DNA of 64,000 nucleotides from Clostridia bacterium (GTDB taxonomy: Bacteria > Bacillota > Clostridia > TANB77 > CAG-465): contig JAZSQI010000044.1 of NCBI GenBank assembly GCA_045537895.1, positions 6,307 to 70,306 on the forward strand. The letters are read 5' to 3'. This document shows, in pieces, positions 35,003 to 45,377 of the stretch. Made by a program: the position numbers and the translations under genes. The notes beneath the pieces are model-generated. The model ran no database searches, was not told the DNA's origin, and worked only from the letters and a program-made list of their open reading frames with translations. Position 1 is the first letter of the stretch, and each line of letters begins with the position of its first letter.

Positions 35003-37324
35003 ATGGTTTTTGAACAAGAACATACAGACACAATTAGTGTTAAATATAGTAAATTAGATGGAATAATAACATTCTTTAAAAATATAATAGGGTATAAAAC
35101 AATAGTATTTTCTATAATATTAGCAATATCAAGCATGGTAAATGTTTTTGGATATAATCCAATTCCTTTTATCATGCTTGGAGTAGCTACTGTATTTAAA
35201 ATTCCACTGCTTTTACCAGGAGTTATATCAATAATTTGTATGATTATATTTAATGCAGATTTTTCGCACATAATGTTTTACCTACTGACTAATATTATTT
35301 ATACAATAGTAACGGTAGTTGTTAATATACAAGAAATTAGTAGAAAAGTAGCAATTGGAATAAAACTTGCTATTTCTATGGCTATAGTAACTGTAATAAT
35401 GTTTATAGCAAAAGGTTTTGAACTTGGCTATTTACTTGATAATATAGCTTTAATATTTTTAGTACAAGCACTATATTATATATACATATATGGTTTTTAT
35501 TTTCTATCAAATATAGATAAAAATATGATATATTCTGTAGAAGAAATAGTTGCAATGGCAGTTATGGTAATGATAACTCTTATTCCTGTGTCTTTAATTC
35601 CTACGGTTGGTATGCCTATATGGACAACTATTGCAATATTGTTTACAATATTAATTGGCTATACTGGTGGAATATTTTCAGGAATTTCAGTTAGTATAGT
35701 AATAGGATTTTTAGCTACGATTATTTCAAAAGATATAAATATGCTTATGCAGGTTGCAGTGCCTGGAATAATAGCAAGCTTATTAAATAGAGTAAACAAG
35801 TCATTTGCTATATTAGGAGTTATATTATCTTCAATTATATTAAATTATATAACAGAGAGAAATCTACTTATATCTCAAGGTATAATACAAACAGTTATAT
35901 CATCACTTGTAATACTTGTATTGCCAAAGAAATTTACAGTTATACTAGAAGATATATTTAATAAAAATAATACGTTAAAGCATGCATATGAAAAAGAGTT
36001 GGGTGTAGGAAGCGATATTAAAAACAAGCTTAGTGCAATGTCAGAAGTTTTTGATAATTTATCAAGTATAACTCTAAGCTCAAATAAAGAATATTATGAA
36101 GAAACACAAAAAGTAGTTGCCAAATACTTAGAAGACTATAAAGAAAGTAAATGTTTAAAATGTCAAAGAAGGTATTACTGTTTAAAAGATAATATGGAAC
36201 TAGTTTCTTCATATATAGCAAGAAAACTAGAAAGCAATGATGAAATAACAGAAAATATGCTACCTGTTGATTGTTCTGAGGCAGATATAATGATTAAGGA
36301 AATAAAAGATATATACAACAATATGAAGCTTATGAGAATAATCAAGAAAAAAGAAGAAGAAAGTAATATTAAATTAGCAGAAGAATATAAAGAGGTAGCA
36401 ACACTAATAAAAAATATGTCTAGAGATGTTACTAAGGTGGAAAAAGAGGTTTCATATACACATAAATGTTTAAGACAAGAATTAAAGCTTTTGGGCTATC
36501 AAATATATGAAGATAATTATATTGAGGAAAATGATAGCAGGACATATGAATTTATTACTGATATTTTGAAAGATATAGATACATCAAAAAATGAAATTCA
36601 GACAGTTGTTGGAGAAGTATTAGGACAAAAAATGAATATTAAACTTATTCTAAACAGTAGTAAGAATGAGAAATCCAGAATAAAACTCGTATCAGAAGGA
36701 AAATATTCTATAAATAGTGATGTATATCAAAAAAGCAAAAATGAAGATGAAGTAAGTGGAGATAAATATTATTTATCTGATATAAAAAACGGAAAAATAA
36801 TAGCCATTAGTGATGGTATGGGTTCAGGAAAAGATGCAGCAAGTGCTAGTAATACAGTTATAACTATGTTAGATAAATTATTACTTAGTGGATTTAACAA
36901 TAATACTATTACAAAAATTATTAATGGAGTATTAAAATTAAAAAATGATTCAAATGTTAGTGCAAGTTTAGACATAACAATTATAAATACAGCTTTAAAC
37001 AAAGTAAATCTAATAAAAATGGGAGCATCACCTACCTATGTAATATCAAATAATGGGGTAGAAGAGTTTGCTGAAGATAATATGCCAGTAGGAATGCTAG
37101 ATAGCTTAAATAAAAAAGAATATACTTTTGATATAGAAGTACCTATGATAATAGTAAATATGTCTGATGGTGCATATAGTAAAGAGATAAAAGAATATTT
37201 TGACTATATAGCCAAAAAGAATTTAGCTATTATATCTAAAAAAGAAATTATAAGTGGTATATCAGAAAGAATAGATAAAACAATTCAGGACGATGTTACA
37301 ATAATAGTTACAAAAATTGAATAG
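35003..37324 (+). CDS. spoIIE: Stage II sporulation protein E (membrane PP2C phosphatase)
   Basis: About 10 N-terminal TM helices, a central regulatory region, and a C-terminal PP2C domain (GDKYYLSD, ISDGMGSG, DDVTIIV). Confidence 0.88.
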   Translation: MVFEQEHTDTISVKYSKLDGIITFFKNIIGYKTIVFSIILAISSMVNVFGYNPIPFIMLGVATVFKIPLLLPGVISIICMIIFNADFSHIMFYLLTNIIYTIVTVVVNIQEISRKVAIGIKLAISMAIVTVIMFIAKGFELGYLLDNIALIFLVQALYYIYIYGFYFLSNIDKNMIYSVEEIVAMAVMVMITLIPVSLIPTVGMPIWTTIAILFTILIGYTGGIFSGISVSIVIGFLATIISKDINMLMQVAVPGIIASLLNRVNKSFAILGVILSSIILNYITERNLLISQGIIQTVISSLVILVLPKKFTVILEDIFNKNNTLKHAYEKELGVGSDIKNKLSAMSEVFDNLSSITLSSNKEYYEETQKVVAKYLEDYKESKCLKCQRRYYCLKDNMELVSSYIARKLESNDEITENMLPVDCSEADIMIKEIKDIYNNMKLMRIIKKKEEESNIKLAEEYKEVATLIKNMSRDVTKVEKEVSYTHKCLRQELKLLGYQIYEDNYIEENDSRTYEFITDILKDIDTSKNEIQTVVGEVLGQKMNIKLILNSSKNEKSRIKLVSEGKYSINSDVYQKSKNEDEVSGDKYYLSDIKNGKIIAISDGMGSGKDAASASNTVITMLDKLLLSGFNNNTITKIINGVLKLKNDSNVSASLDITIINTALNKVNLIKMGASPTYVISNNGVEEFAEDNMPVGMLDSLNKKEYTFDIEVPMIIVNMSDGAYSKEIKEYFDYIAKKNLAIISKKEIISGISERIDKTIQDDVTIIVTKIE

Positions 37325-37329
37325 AAAAT

Positions 37330-37364
37330 AAACAAGATGGAGAGGTTCTCCATCTTGTTTTATA
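37330..37364. terminator. Bidirectional terminator (spoIIE / hicB-like)
   Basis: AAACAAGATGGA pairs with TCCATCTTGTTT (12-bp stem), flanked by A and T runs. Confidence 0.7.
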
Positions 37365-37381
37365 CTTTAGAGTAAAAGACA

Positions 37382-37792
37382 TTAATCAATACTTAGCTCT
37401 TTCTTTAAAGCTTCCTTAAGTATCTGTGAAAAATTCAAATTATTGTCTTCAGCCAAGGTATTTAGCCATGCAGGAATTGTTAGATTCTTTCTCACTGATT
37501 TCTTATTGGTTAGCTTTAGATAATTAATTATATCAATTTTAATTAGTGATATGAATTCATTATCTTTTAATATATAGTGTTTTAATTGTGAATTGGATTT
37601 TGGAACATTAACTGCTTTTGATAAATTTAAACTTGATATGTATTCACATAAAACTTCTTCAGCATTAGCAATGGCTTTTTCTAAAGTTTTACCTTCAGTG
37701 CACCAGCAAAAATCGATAAAAGTAACTGTATAACCTTCCTCTTCTTTTCTAAATATTGCTGGATAAATATAAATAGAACTTTTTTTACCCAT
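37382..37792 (-). CDS. hicB: HicB-family antitoxin-like protein (no HicA partner seen)
   Basis: N-terminal YPAIFRKEEEGYTVTFIDFCWCTEGKTLEKAIANAEEVL resembles the HicB RNase-H-like fold. The C-terminal KNLTIPAWLNTLAEDNNLNFSQILKEALKKEL looks like an RHH DNA-binding tail. Confidence 0.6.
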   Translation of the reverse strand: MGKKSSIYIYPAIFRKEEEGYTVTFIDFCWCTEGKTLEKAIANAEEVLCEYISSLNLSKAVNVPKSNSQLKHYILKDNEFISLIKIDIINYLKLTNKKSVRKNLTIPAWLNTLAEDNNLNFSQILKEALKKELSID

Positions 37793-37934
37793 TAAATTAT
37801 ACCTCCATTTGTTTGATATATTAATAAATAACTTGTAAAATATTATATCATACTATAAAAGTTATGTCAATTTGAACAAGAATTAAACATTACATATACA
37901 AAAAACGTGCAACTAAAAAGTTACACGTTTAATT

Positions 37935-38011
<77 letters not shown>

Positions 38012-38259
38012 GTATCAATTACTTAATACCCATATAGTATAACATAAAGATAAAGGTGTTGTCAACTATTTTTTTAAAATATTTTAAAATTGAGTTGTAG
38101 TAAGTAAACATAATAAAATTCACGGAAAATGGTAGAAATATGGTATATAAAATGGTATAATGATACTATCATATAAGAATATGTAGTAATTATATAATAG
38201 CATAAATAAAGAAATATTGCAGATAATATTTAATATTAATGTAAAAAGGTGGTAGTATT

Positions 38260-39654
38260 ATGGATTTAAAATATGAAAAGAAAAATGTTTATGAAAAAAT
38301 GAATAAGGTTCAGTTTGAGGAAATGTTTGAATATACAGACGAATATCTAAGTTTTTTAAACTATGCTAAAACTGAATATAGATGTGTTGAATATTTTAAA
38401 ATGGCTTTAGAAGAAGCAGGTTTTAAAGATGTTAATTCATTAAATGGAATATTAAATCCTGGCGATAAGGTATATTATATAAATAAAGATAGAAGTATGT
38501 ATGCAGGTATTATAGGGGAAAAACCAGTATCTTTAGGTATGAATATAATAGGAGCACATATTGATAGTCCTAGACTTGATACAAAACCTATGCCTATGTT
38601 TGAAAGACAAAATATGGCAATGCTTAAGACACAATACTATGGTGGAGTTAAAAAATATCAATGGCTTGCAATTCCTTTATCTATGTACGGAATAGTATAT
38701 AATGAAAATGGGGAAAAAGTAGAAGTAGTTATAGGTGATAAAAAAGATGATCCTTGTTTTACTATAACAGATTTACTGCCACATCTTGCAAAAGAGCAAA
38801 TGGAAAATACAGCAGATAAATTTATTGATCCTGAAAATATGACAGTTGTAGTAGGTTCAATTCCGTCTAAAGAGGAAAAAGACAATAAGGTAAAAGCTAA
38901 CATATTAAAAATATTAAATAAAAAGTATGGAATAAAAGAAATAGATTTTGCAAGAAGCGATATACGTTTTGTACCAAGTTTTAAAGCAAAATATGTTGGA
39001 TTTGATAAGGGAATGATTGCAGGTTATGGTCAAGATGATAGAGTTTGCTCATATGCAACAGTAAAGTCTATTATAGATATAGCTAATGAAAATAGAAGTT
39101 TAGAGAAAACAGCAGTAGCACTTATTGTTGATAAAGAGGAAATTGGAAGTGTTGGAAATACTTCAATGAGTTCAGAAGCTTTTGAACTGTTTGTATCAAC
39201 ATTACTTGACAAAACGGAAGAAAATAGCTGTAATTTAGCATTATATAGTGCATTAAATAATTCAAAAATGTTATCAGCAGATGTAGCAAATGCAGTTGAC
39301 CCTATGTACCAAGAAGTAAGCGATATTCAAAATTCTAATATTATAGGATGTGGTGTAGCGATTGAAAAATATACAGGTTCAGGAGGAAAATATTCTGCAA
39401 GTGAAGCTAGCGCTGAATATACATCATATGTAATGAATATATTTGACAAAAATAATGTATCGTATCAATTTGGAACATTAGGTAAAATAGGAAAAGGTGG
39501 AGGAGGAACTATTGCATATATTCTAGCAAATAAAGGAATGGACGTAATAGATTGTGGAACAGCAGTTTTATCAATGCATTCACCATATGAGTTAACATCA
39601 ACAGCAGATGTTTATGAAACATATAGAGCATATAAAGCATTCTTTTTAAATTAA
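38260..39654 (+). CDS. M18-family aminopeptidase
   Basis: 464 aa. IGAHIDSPRLD, GQDDRVCSY, DKEEIGS and MHSPYE motifs are typical of aspartyl/M18 aminopeptidases. Confidence 0.75.
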   Translation: MDLKYEKKNVYEKMNKVQFEEMFEYTDEYLSFLNYAKTEYRCVEYFKMALEEAGFKDVNSLNGILNPGDKVYYINKDRSMYAGIIGEKPVSLGMNIIGAHIDSPRLDTKPMPMFERQNMAMLKTQYYGGVKKYQWLAIPLSMYGIVYNENGEKVEVVIGDKKDDPCFTITDLLPHLAKEQMENTADKFIDPENMTVVVGSIPSKEEKDNKVKANILKILNKKYGIKEIDFARSDIRFVPSFKAKYVGFDKGMIAGYGQDDRVCSYATVKSIIDIANENRSLEKTAVALIVDKEEIGSVGNTSMSSEAFELFVSTLLDKTEENSCNLALYSALNNSKMLSADVANAVDPMYQEVSDIQNSNIIGCGVAIEKYTGSGGKYSASEASAEYTSYVMNIFDKNNVSYQFGTLGKIGKGGGGTIAYILANKGMDVIDCGTAVLSMHSPYELTSTADVYETYRAYKAFFLN

Positions 39655-39679
39655 ATATAAGTGTAAAAGGGGAAAAATA

Positions 39680-40792
39680 ATGTTTAGAACTCTACTTAAG
39701 AATACAGACTTAATATTGTTAATTGCAGTAATTTCTTTAGTTATAATTGGAATAATAGGTATATATAGCGCAGGATATAATGATGAATCTTTAAAAGATG
39801 ATTACTTTAAGCAATTTATTTGGCTTATTATATCTTTAGTAGCTTTAGCAGTAGTATGGCTTATTGATTATAATATATTTGGAATTTTAAGCATACCATT
39901 ATATATCGTTTGTATGGTATTACTAGTTTTGGTATTATTTACAGAGCCAATATATGGAGCAACAAGCTGGTTTCAAATGGGTTCTGTAAGTATTCAACCA
40001 TCAGAGATAACAAAAATAATTTATATATTATTATCTGCTAAATTTCTAGAATATATATTGTCTAAAGATAAAAAAGCAGTAAACAAATGGTATAATATTG
40101 CTATATTATTTATAATAATGTTAGTGCCAGTTGCTTTAATATTAAAACAACCAGACTTTGGTACAGCAGCAGTATTTTTATTTATAACTATTTTTATGCT
40201 TTTTAAAGCAGGAATTAATTATAAATATATATTAGCAGGCATATTACTACTTATAGTACTTGTTCCTTCAGTATATTTCTTTGTGCTTAATGATGTACAA
40301 AAAGATAGAATACTTGTATTTTTAGATCCAGAACTAGATCCACTTGGGAGTGGGTATAATGCAATACAGTCAAAAATAGCTGTAGGATCTGGAAATTTAT
40401 TTGGGACAGGCCTTCTTAAGGGAACACAAACACAGTTTGGGTATTTACCTGTTAAAACATCAGATTTTATTTTTTCAGTAATATCTGAGGAAATGGGCTT
40501 TATTATTTCAACACTTATTGTTATAATATATACAGTATTATTAATAAGGCTTGTAAATATATCAAAAACTGCTAAAAATACATATGGCTCACTAGTTGCT
40601 ATAGGTATATTTGGAATGATATTTTTTCATTTTATAGAAAATATTGGAATGACTATGGGACTTTTACCTATAACTGGTATACCACTTCCATTTGTGAGTT
40701 ATGGTGGAAGTAATTTACTTACTAACTTTATAGCTATAGGAATAGTTCTTAGTATAAGTGCAAGAAGGCAAAGAACATTTTTTGTTGATTAA
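39680..40792 (+). CDS. FtsW/RodA/SpoVE-family (SEDS) peptidoglycan glycosyltransferase
   Basis: About 10 TM helices. QPSEITKI, PDFGTA, LPVKTSDFIFSVISEE and PLPFVSYGGS motifs. Confidence 0.85.
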   Translation: MFRTLLKNTDLILLIAVISLVIIGIIGIYSAGYNDESLKDDYFKQFIWLIISLVALAVVWLIDYNIFGILSIPLYIVCMVLLVLVLFTEPIYGATSWFQMGSVSIQPSEITKIIYILLSAKFLEYILSKDKKAVNKWYNIAILFIIMLVPVALILKQPDFGTAAVFLFITIFMLFKAGINYKYILAGILLLIVLVPSVYFFVLNDVQKDRILVFLDPELDPLGSGYNAIQSKIAVGSGNLFGTGLLKGTQTQFGYLPVKTSDFIFSVISEEMGFIISTLIVIIYTVLLIRLVNISKTAKNTYGSLVAIGIFGMIFFHFIENIGMTMGLLPITGIPLPFVSYGGSNLLTNFIAIGIVLSISARRQRTFFVD

Positions 40793-40807
40793 CTAGGAGG
40801 AATATAT

Positions 40808-41242
40808 ATGGAAAGAAAAAAAGGTGTCACTACAGTAGTTATAGTGCTTGCAGTAGTTATTATGTTTATAATTTTAACTACAGCTACAGTTGTTGGAAGT
40901 AGAAATATTGATGTAGTAAATTACGAAGAATACAAAAGTCAGATAATTAGAGTATCAAATGTTGTAAATGAGTATGTATCAAAAAATGACGAATTACCAT
41001 CTTCAGGACAGATAATAGCAAAAGCAAATTTAACTGATGATTTAACTGCAGAGTTAAAAGAAAAAGGTGATGAAAATAATAATCTTTATGTAGTAGATAT
41101 GTCAAAATTAGATGTGAATAACGTAAGTAAAGGAAAAGGAAGTATAGATGATAGAGACATTTTCTTGGTTGCAGAAAATACTAATAACATCTATTATTAT
41201 AAAGGGTACAAATTTAGAGGAACAATGTATTATGGGGTGTAA
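40808..41242 (+). CDS. Membrane-anchored hypothetical protein (144 aa)
   Basis: GGAGG SD and a single N-terminal TM helix (VTTVVIVLAVVIMFIILTTATVV). Confidence 0.55.
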   Translation: MERKKGVTTVVIVLAVVIMFIILTTATVVGSRNIDVVNYEEYKSQIIRVSNVVNEYVSKNDELPSSGQIIAKANLTDDLTAELKEKGDENNNLYVVDMSKLDVNNVSKGKGSIDDRDIFLVAENTNNIYYYKGYKFRGTMYYGV

Positions 41243-41251
41243 TTATAGTTA

Positions 41252-42229
41252 ATGAATAAATATGTAAAACAGATAAATATAGGGAATATAAAATTAAAAA
41301 ACAATGTGTTTTTAGCTCCTATGGCAGGTATAACTGACCTGCCTTTTAGATATATATGTAAAAAGTTTAATCCTGGTTTAATGTGTACAGAAATGGTAAG
41401 TGCAAAAGGATTAGTATATGAGGATTTAAAAACAAATAAGATGCTTACATTGCTTGAAGATGAAAGACCTTCTTGTGTTCAAATCTTTGGGAGTGATAAA
41501 GACGACATTGAAAAAGCTATAGAAAAATTAAATGAAATAGAAGAAATTGATATCATTGATATAAATATGGGATGTCCAGCACCTAAAGTTACCAAAAATG
41601 GTGATGGAGCAGCTCTTTTAAAAGATTTAGATAAAATAGATGAAATACTTAAGGTAGCAACTAAAGTTTCTAAAAAGCCTGTTACTGTAAAATTTAGAAT
41701 AGGCTATTACAAAAATGAAAATATTGCAGTAGAAGTTGCAAAGATATGCGAAAAGAATAATGTTTCAGCTATAACTATTCATGGAAGAACAAAAGAGCAA
41801 ATGTATACAGGGAAAAATGATCTAGATGCTATAAAAGCTGTAAAAGAAGCAGTAAATATACCAGTTATAGGAAATGGCGATATAACTGATATTGCGTCTG
41901 CAAAATATATGTTTGAGTATACAGGTGTAGATGGAATAATGATTGCAAGAGGTGCAATGGGAAAACCTTGGATTTTTGATGAAGTAGTAAAAGACAAAGA
42001 ATATCATATATCAAATAAGGAAAGATTAGAAATAATGATAGAACATATAGATAAAGCTGTAGAATATTACGGAGAAAAAAGAGCAGTACCAGAGCTTAGA
42101 AAACATATTGCTTGTTATTTAAGAGGACTTAAAAACAGTTCATACGTTAAAGATTTAATAAATAGAGAAACATCAAAAGATAAAGTAAAAAATCTTTTAA
42201 TAGAATATTTTGAGAGTTTAGAAATATAA
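41252..42229 (+). CDS. dusB: tRNA-dihydrouridine synthase
   Basis: LAPMAGITDLPFR, NMGCPAPKV (catalytic Cys), HGRT and GNGDI motifs. Confidence 0.88.
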   Translation: MNKYVKQINIGNIKLKNNVFLAPMAGITDLPFRYICKKFNPGLMCTEMVSAKGLVYEDLKTNKMLTLLEDERPSCVQIFGSDKDDIEKAIEKLNEIEEIDIIDINMGCPAPKVTKNGDGAALLKDLDKIDEILKVATKVSKKPVTVKFRIGYYKNENIAVEVAKICEKNNVSAITIHGRTKEQMYTGKNDLDAIKAVKEAVNIPVIGNGDITDIASAKYMFEYTGVDGIMIARGAMGKPWIFDEVVKDKEYHISNKERLEIMIEHIDKAVEYYGEKRAVPELRKHIACYLRGLKNSSYVKDLINRETSKDKVKNLLIEYFESLEI

Positions 42230-42284
42230 CTAAAACCTTTACATATAATTTAATGTAAATTAGATTATGGTAAAGGAGTTTTTT

Positions 42285-43016
42285 ATGCTTGTTTTTAATA
42301 TTAAGAAATTTTTAAAAAATAAATTAACAATTATATTTTTTTCGTTATTTAGTATTTTAATTATTTTATCAATAAGTATCTATACACTTGCTATGAAAAC
42401 AAATATATTGAGAGGAACTATTATACATGATATAGTAGGAAAAATAGGAACAAAAAATAGTGTGTTTAATATGGAAAGCTATATAGCTGAATTTGAAATA
42501 ACAGTTGTTAGCAACAAAAATACTAATACATATAGAATGAAAGAATGGTATAAAAAAGATGTTGGCACGAAACAAGAATATTTGGATAGTGAAGGAGCAA
42601 AGGTTAATATAGTTACCAAAAAAAATAAGACAACTATAAAAAATCAAAATCAAAAAAATATATTAAAACTAGACCCATATTTAACAAGTTATACAAATTT
42701 GCTTAGCATAAATACATTTTTAGATATATATAACAAAAGTGTCGAAAAAACAGGATGTTTTAGTGCAAACAGCTATGAAAAAGTTAACAATATAAATATG
42801 ATAATTGATAATGTATGTAAAAATATAAAGGAATGTAGATGTGAATATATGGAGCTTGTAAAAAATGTTAGTAAGATAGAACTTAAGTTAGATAAAAATT
42901 CAGGACTTCCTTTAACATATATTGTATATGACAATGACAAAAAGGAATGTATAAGCATAGTATATAACAAGTTTGATATAAACCAAGAAATAGAAGATAA
43001 AATATTTGATATATAG
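42285..43016 (+). CDS. Membrane-anchored hypothetical protein, possibly a YdcC/LolA-like sporulation protein
   Basis: AAAGGAG SD precedes ATG 42285. There is an N-terminal TM helix. Its position next to ndoA mirrors the B. subtilis ydcC...ndoA order. Sequence-level support is weak. Confidence 0.4.
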   Translation: MLVFNIKKFLKNKLTIIFFSLFSILIILSISIYTLAMKTNILRGTIIHDIVGKIGTKNSVFNMESYIAEFEITVVSNKNTNTYRMKEWYKKDVGTKQEYLDSEGAKVNIVTKKNKTTIKNQNQKNILKLDPYLTSYTNLLSINTFLDIYNKSVEKTGCFSANSYEKVNNINMIIDNVCKNIKECRCEYMELVKNVSKIELKLDKNSGLPLTYIVYDNDKKECISIVYNKFDINQEIEDKIFDI

Positions 43017-43068
43017 CTAAATTACATAGGTTTATAATTCAAACTAATTACAATATAGGAAGTGGAGT

Positions 43069-43455
43069 ATGAAAGTAAAAAGAGGAGAAATATATTATGC
43101 TGATTTGAGTCCGGTTATAGGAAGTGAACAAGCAGGTGTTAGACCTGTTTTGATAGTTCAAAATGATATTGGAAATAAATTTAGTCCCACTATAATTGCA
43201 ATAGCAATAACATCTAAGCAAAAAGTAAAACTTCCTACACATATAGAAATAGAAGGAACAAAATATGGACTTGAGAAAGATTCTGTTATTTTAGCAGAAC
43301 AAATTAGAACTCTTGATAAAAAAAGATTAAGGGAAAAGGTTGGAAAGCTAGATGATGAAACTATGGAAAAAGTAAAAAAGGCAATAGAGATAAGTTTTGG
43401 CATAAGAGGAGAGTTAAATTTAGAGGAATTATATTTAAAAGGACTTTTTAAATAA
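43069..43455 (+). CDS. mazF: MazF/EndoA (PemK-family) mRNA interferase toxin
   Basis: [49 protein letters not shown] closely resembles Bacillus EndoA as I remember it. GGAAGTGGAG SD. Confidence 0.9.
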   Translation: MKVKRGEIYYADLSPVIGSEQAGVRPVLIVQNDIGNKFSPTIIAIAITSKQKVKLPTHIEIEGTKYGLEKDSVILAEQIRTLDKKRLREKVGKLDDETMEKVKKAIEISFGIRGELNLEELYLKGLFK

Positions 43456-43571
43456 TATAGTAACTATATAGTAGTAAAAAGTAACTCTTGTAATTAACAT
43501 AAAAATATGATATAATCCCACGTGAGGTCAATATTTACTCAATAAAATAATTTTTATAGGAGGATTAAAAA

Positions 43572-44087
43572 ATGGTAAATGTATCAAAAATTTGGCTTAC
43601 ACTGGCAATTATATGTACAATACTTTTTGGTGCATGGGCGACAACAAGGATTGTAAATGATGTACAATTTGATTATGGATGTGGAACATACTTAAAACGT
43701 GCAGCAGATGCCAATTCCGTAGAAATGGCAAAAGATGAACTTGCAAAAGCAATAAGCTTTGCAGAACAAAAGGGATTAACAGAAGGAAATACTGGTATAA
43801 TTTTCAAAAATCCAAAAAATGATGTTGGATTTTGGTATGATAATATGAAAGCGTGTTATCAGGAACTTGAAGATTTACCTGAAGATGTAACGTCACTTGA
43901 AAAAACAAATGTACTTATGAAGCTTAGAGAAAGTTTATTAGATACAGGTGAAAGTACATCGGTTACGCTTCCATCATATATTAGTATTTATCCAAATAAT
44001 CTTTTATATGCTTTATGGGGATGGATTTCGCTTATTTCTGCTGTTATTTTCTGGTTTGCTTTTGTTGTTACAAAAGATTATTATTAA
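43572..44087 (+). CDS. Hypothetical membrane protein (TM helix at each end)
   Basis: AGGAGG SD and own promoter (TATAAT near 43510). Confidence 0.55.
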   Translation: MVNVSKIWLTLAIICTILFGAWATTRIVNDVQFDYGCGTYLKRAADANSVEMAKDELAKAISFAEQKGLTEGNTGIIFKNPKNDVGFWYDNMKACYQELEDLPEDVTSLEKTNVLMKLRESLLDTGESTSVTLPSYISIYPNNLLYALWGWISLISAVIFWFAFVVTKDYY

Positions 44088-44097
44088 TTACAAAAAA

Positions 44098-44125
44098 GTA
44101 GGGTTCATTTGAACTCTACTTTTTC
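44098..44125 (+). terminator. Terminator, copy 1 of a near-identical pair
   Basis: GTAGGGTTCATTTGAACTCTAC followed by TTTTT. Confidence 0.65.
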
Positions 44126-44222
44126 ATATAGTATTTTTAATAATTGAAAGATATGTAATTATGTGATATAATTCACATATTAAAAAATAAAATCCAAATC
44201 TAATTAGAAAGGGAGTATAAAT

Positions 44223-44633
44223 ATGAATAAGAAAGATTTTAAAAAGTATATTGATGAAAATTTGAAAGGTATGAGTATTGATAAGCAGATTAAAGAATTA
44301 AAAAAAATACAAAAAGACTACATCCCTGAACTTATAATGGCAAGAAGGAAAAAAGAAAAAACTTGGGTACCTGATAAAGATAAGGAAAAGTATATATTTT
44401 GTGAAAAATGTGGAAAATATCATTTAAAAGACAAGTGGCAAACAAAAATGTTAAGAGAGATTAGAACAGAATATACATATATTGATGCAGGATATGGAGA
44501 TGATGATAAAATGGGTGAGGTAGAATATATTGTTACATATAAAACATGTCCGTATTGTTACTGTACCAAAGAAACAGCTAAATTGTACATTAAAACTTTA
44601 AGAGAATGGAATAGAAGAGAAGGAAGAAAATAG
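44223..44633 (+). CDS. Hypothetical Cys4 zinc-ribbon protein (136 aa)
   Basis: AAAGGGAG SD. CEKCG ... CPYCYC Cys motifs. Confidence 0.55.
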   Translation: MNKKDFKKYIDENLKGMSIDKQIKELKKIQKDYIPELIMARRKKEKTWVPDKDKEKYIFCEKCGKYHLKDKWQTKMLREIRTEYTYIDAGYGDDDKMGEVEYIVTYKTCPYCYCTKETAKLYIKTLREWNRREGRK

Positions 44634-44662
44634 TAGGGTTCAATTTGAACTCTACTTTTTTG
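44633..44662 (+). terminator. Terminator, copy 2 of a near-identical pair
   Basis: GTAGGGTTCAATTTGAACTCTAC followed by TTTTTT. It overlaps the stop codon. Confidence 0.65.
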
Positions 44663-44678
44663 TATATATAGATTTTAG

Positions 44679-45254
44679 TTATAACAAAAATATACCGAAT
44701 GTTTGAGTTATAGGGTCTTTAAATAATTCTAGCCTAGGAGGGTATATAGTGAATATTATAAAAAGTAAAAATAAAGAGGCAATCATAGTTATACCGATGT
44801 TGTTTTTGTTTTTACTACTTGGATTTATATATTCTTTAGATAAATTTATATATAAATAATAAAAAGAAATAATTATTGAAATTATGTATATAATAATATT
44901 AATAAAATCAGGAACAATTTTAAATATAGCGCGATATGAGTAGTGTGTTACTGGTATAATAACCATAGATAAAATTATTGCTATACCTGTATAAAACCAA
45001 AAGTTATTTAGAGATTTATTCTTTTTTCTAGTTATAAAAGAATAATTTATTCCAAATATAGTAAGTGGAAGGAGAACTAATTTTAGATGCTCCCAAATAC
45101 TTTCATTTACTGGGAAAAATAGTCCAACAATAAATGGCTTATTAAGCAAATTGTAAATAAAGTGGAAAAATACGCCTAAAATAATAGAAAGAATGCAAGC
45201 TATAATAAATAATTTAATTGATGGTTTTAGATTAATTGTATTTTTGCTATTCAT
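44679..45254 (-). CDS. Polytopic membrane protein of unknown function (191 aa)
   Basis: Five or six hydrophobic helices and an AGGTGA SD upstream of the ATG. Confidence 0.55.
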   Translation of the reverse strand: MNSKNTINLKPSIKLFIIACILSIILGVFFHFIYNLLNKPFIVGLFFPVNESIWEHLKLVLLPLTIFGINYSFITRKKNKSLNNFWFYTGIAIILSMVIIPVTHYSYRAIFKIVPDFINIIIYIISIIISFYYLYINLSKEYINPSSKNKNNIGITMIASLFLLFIIFTIYPPRLELFKDPITQTFGIFLL

Positions 45255-45377
45255 ATATAATCACCTAGTTAAGTATATGTTTTAATATAAAGAATAAGAA
45301 ATTATATTTAATAATATTGCAAAATATAATATATATGATATAATTATTACCAGATAACAATTATATAAGGAGGTAAT

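Noticed and set aside
40808-40900. A type IV prepilin-like N-terminus (MERKKG/VTTVVIVLAVV).
   Set aside because: It lacks the conserved Glu at +5 and the G-F/M-T/S-L-I/L-E consensus. There are no pilus genes nearby, so I kept it as a generic membrane-anchored protein.
43017-43068. A hidden MazE antitoxin just upstream of mazF, or overlapping the end of the upstream gene.
   Set aside because: All three plus-strand frames from about 42900 to 43068 are broken by stops every few codons, so no ORF longer than about 8 codons exists.
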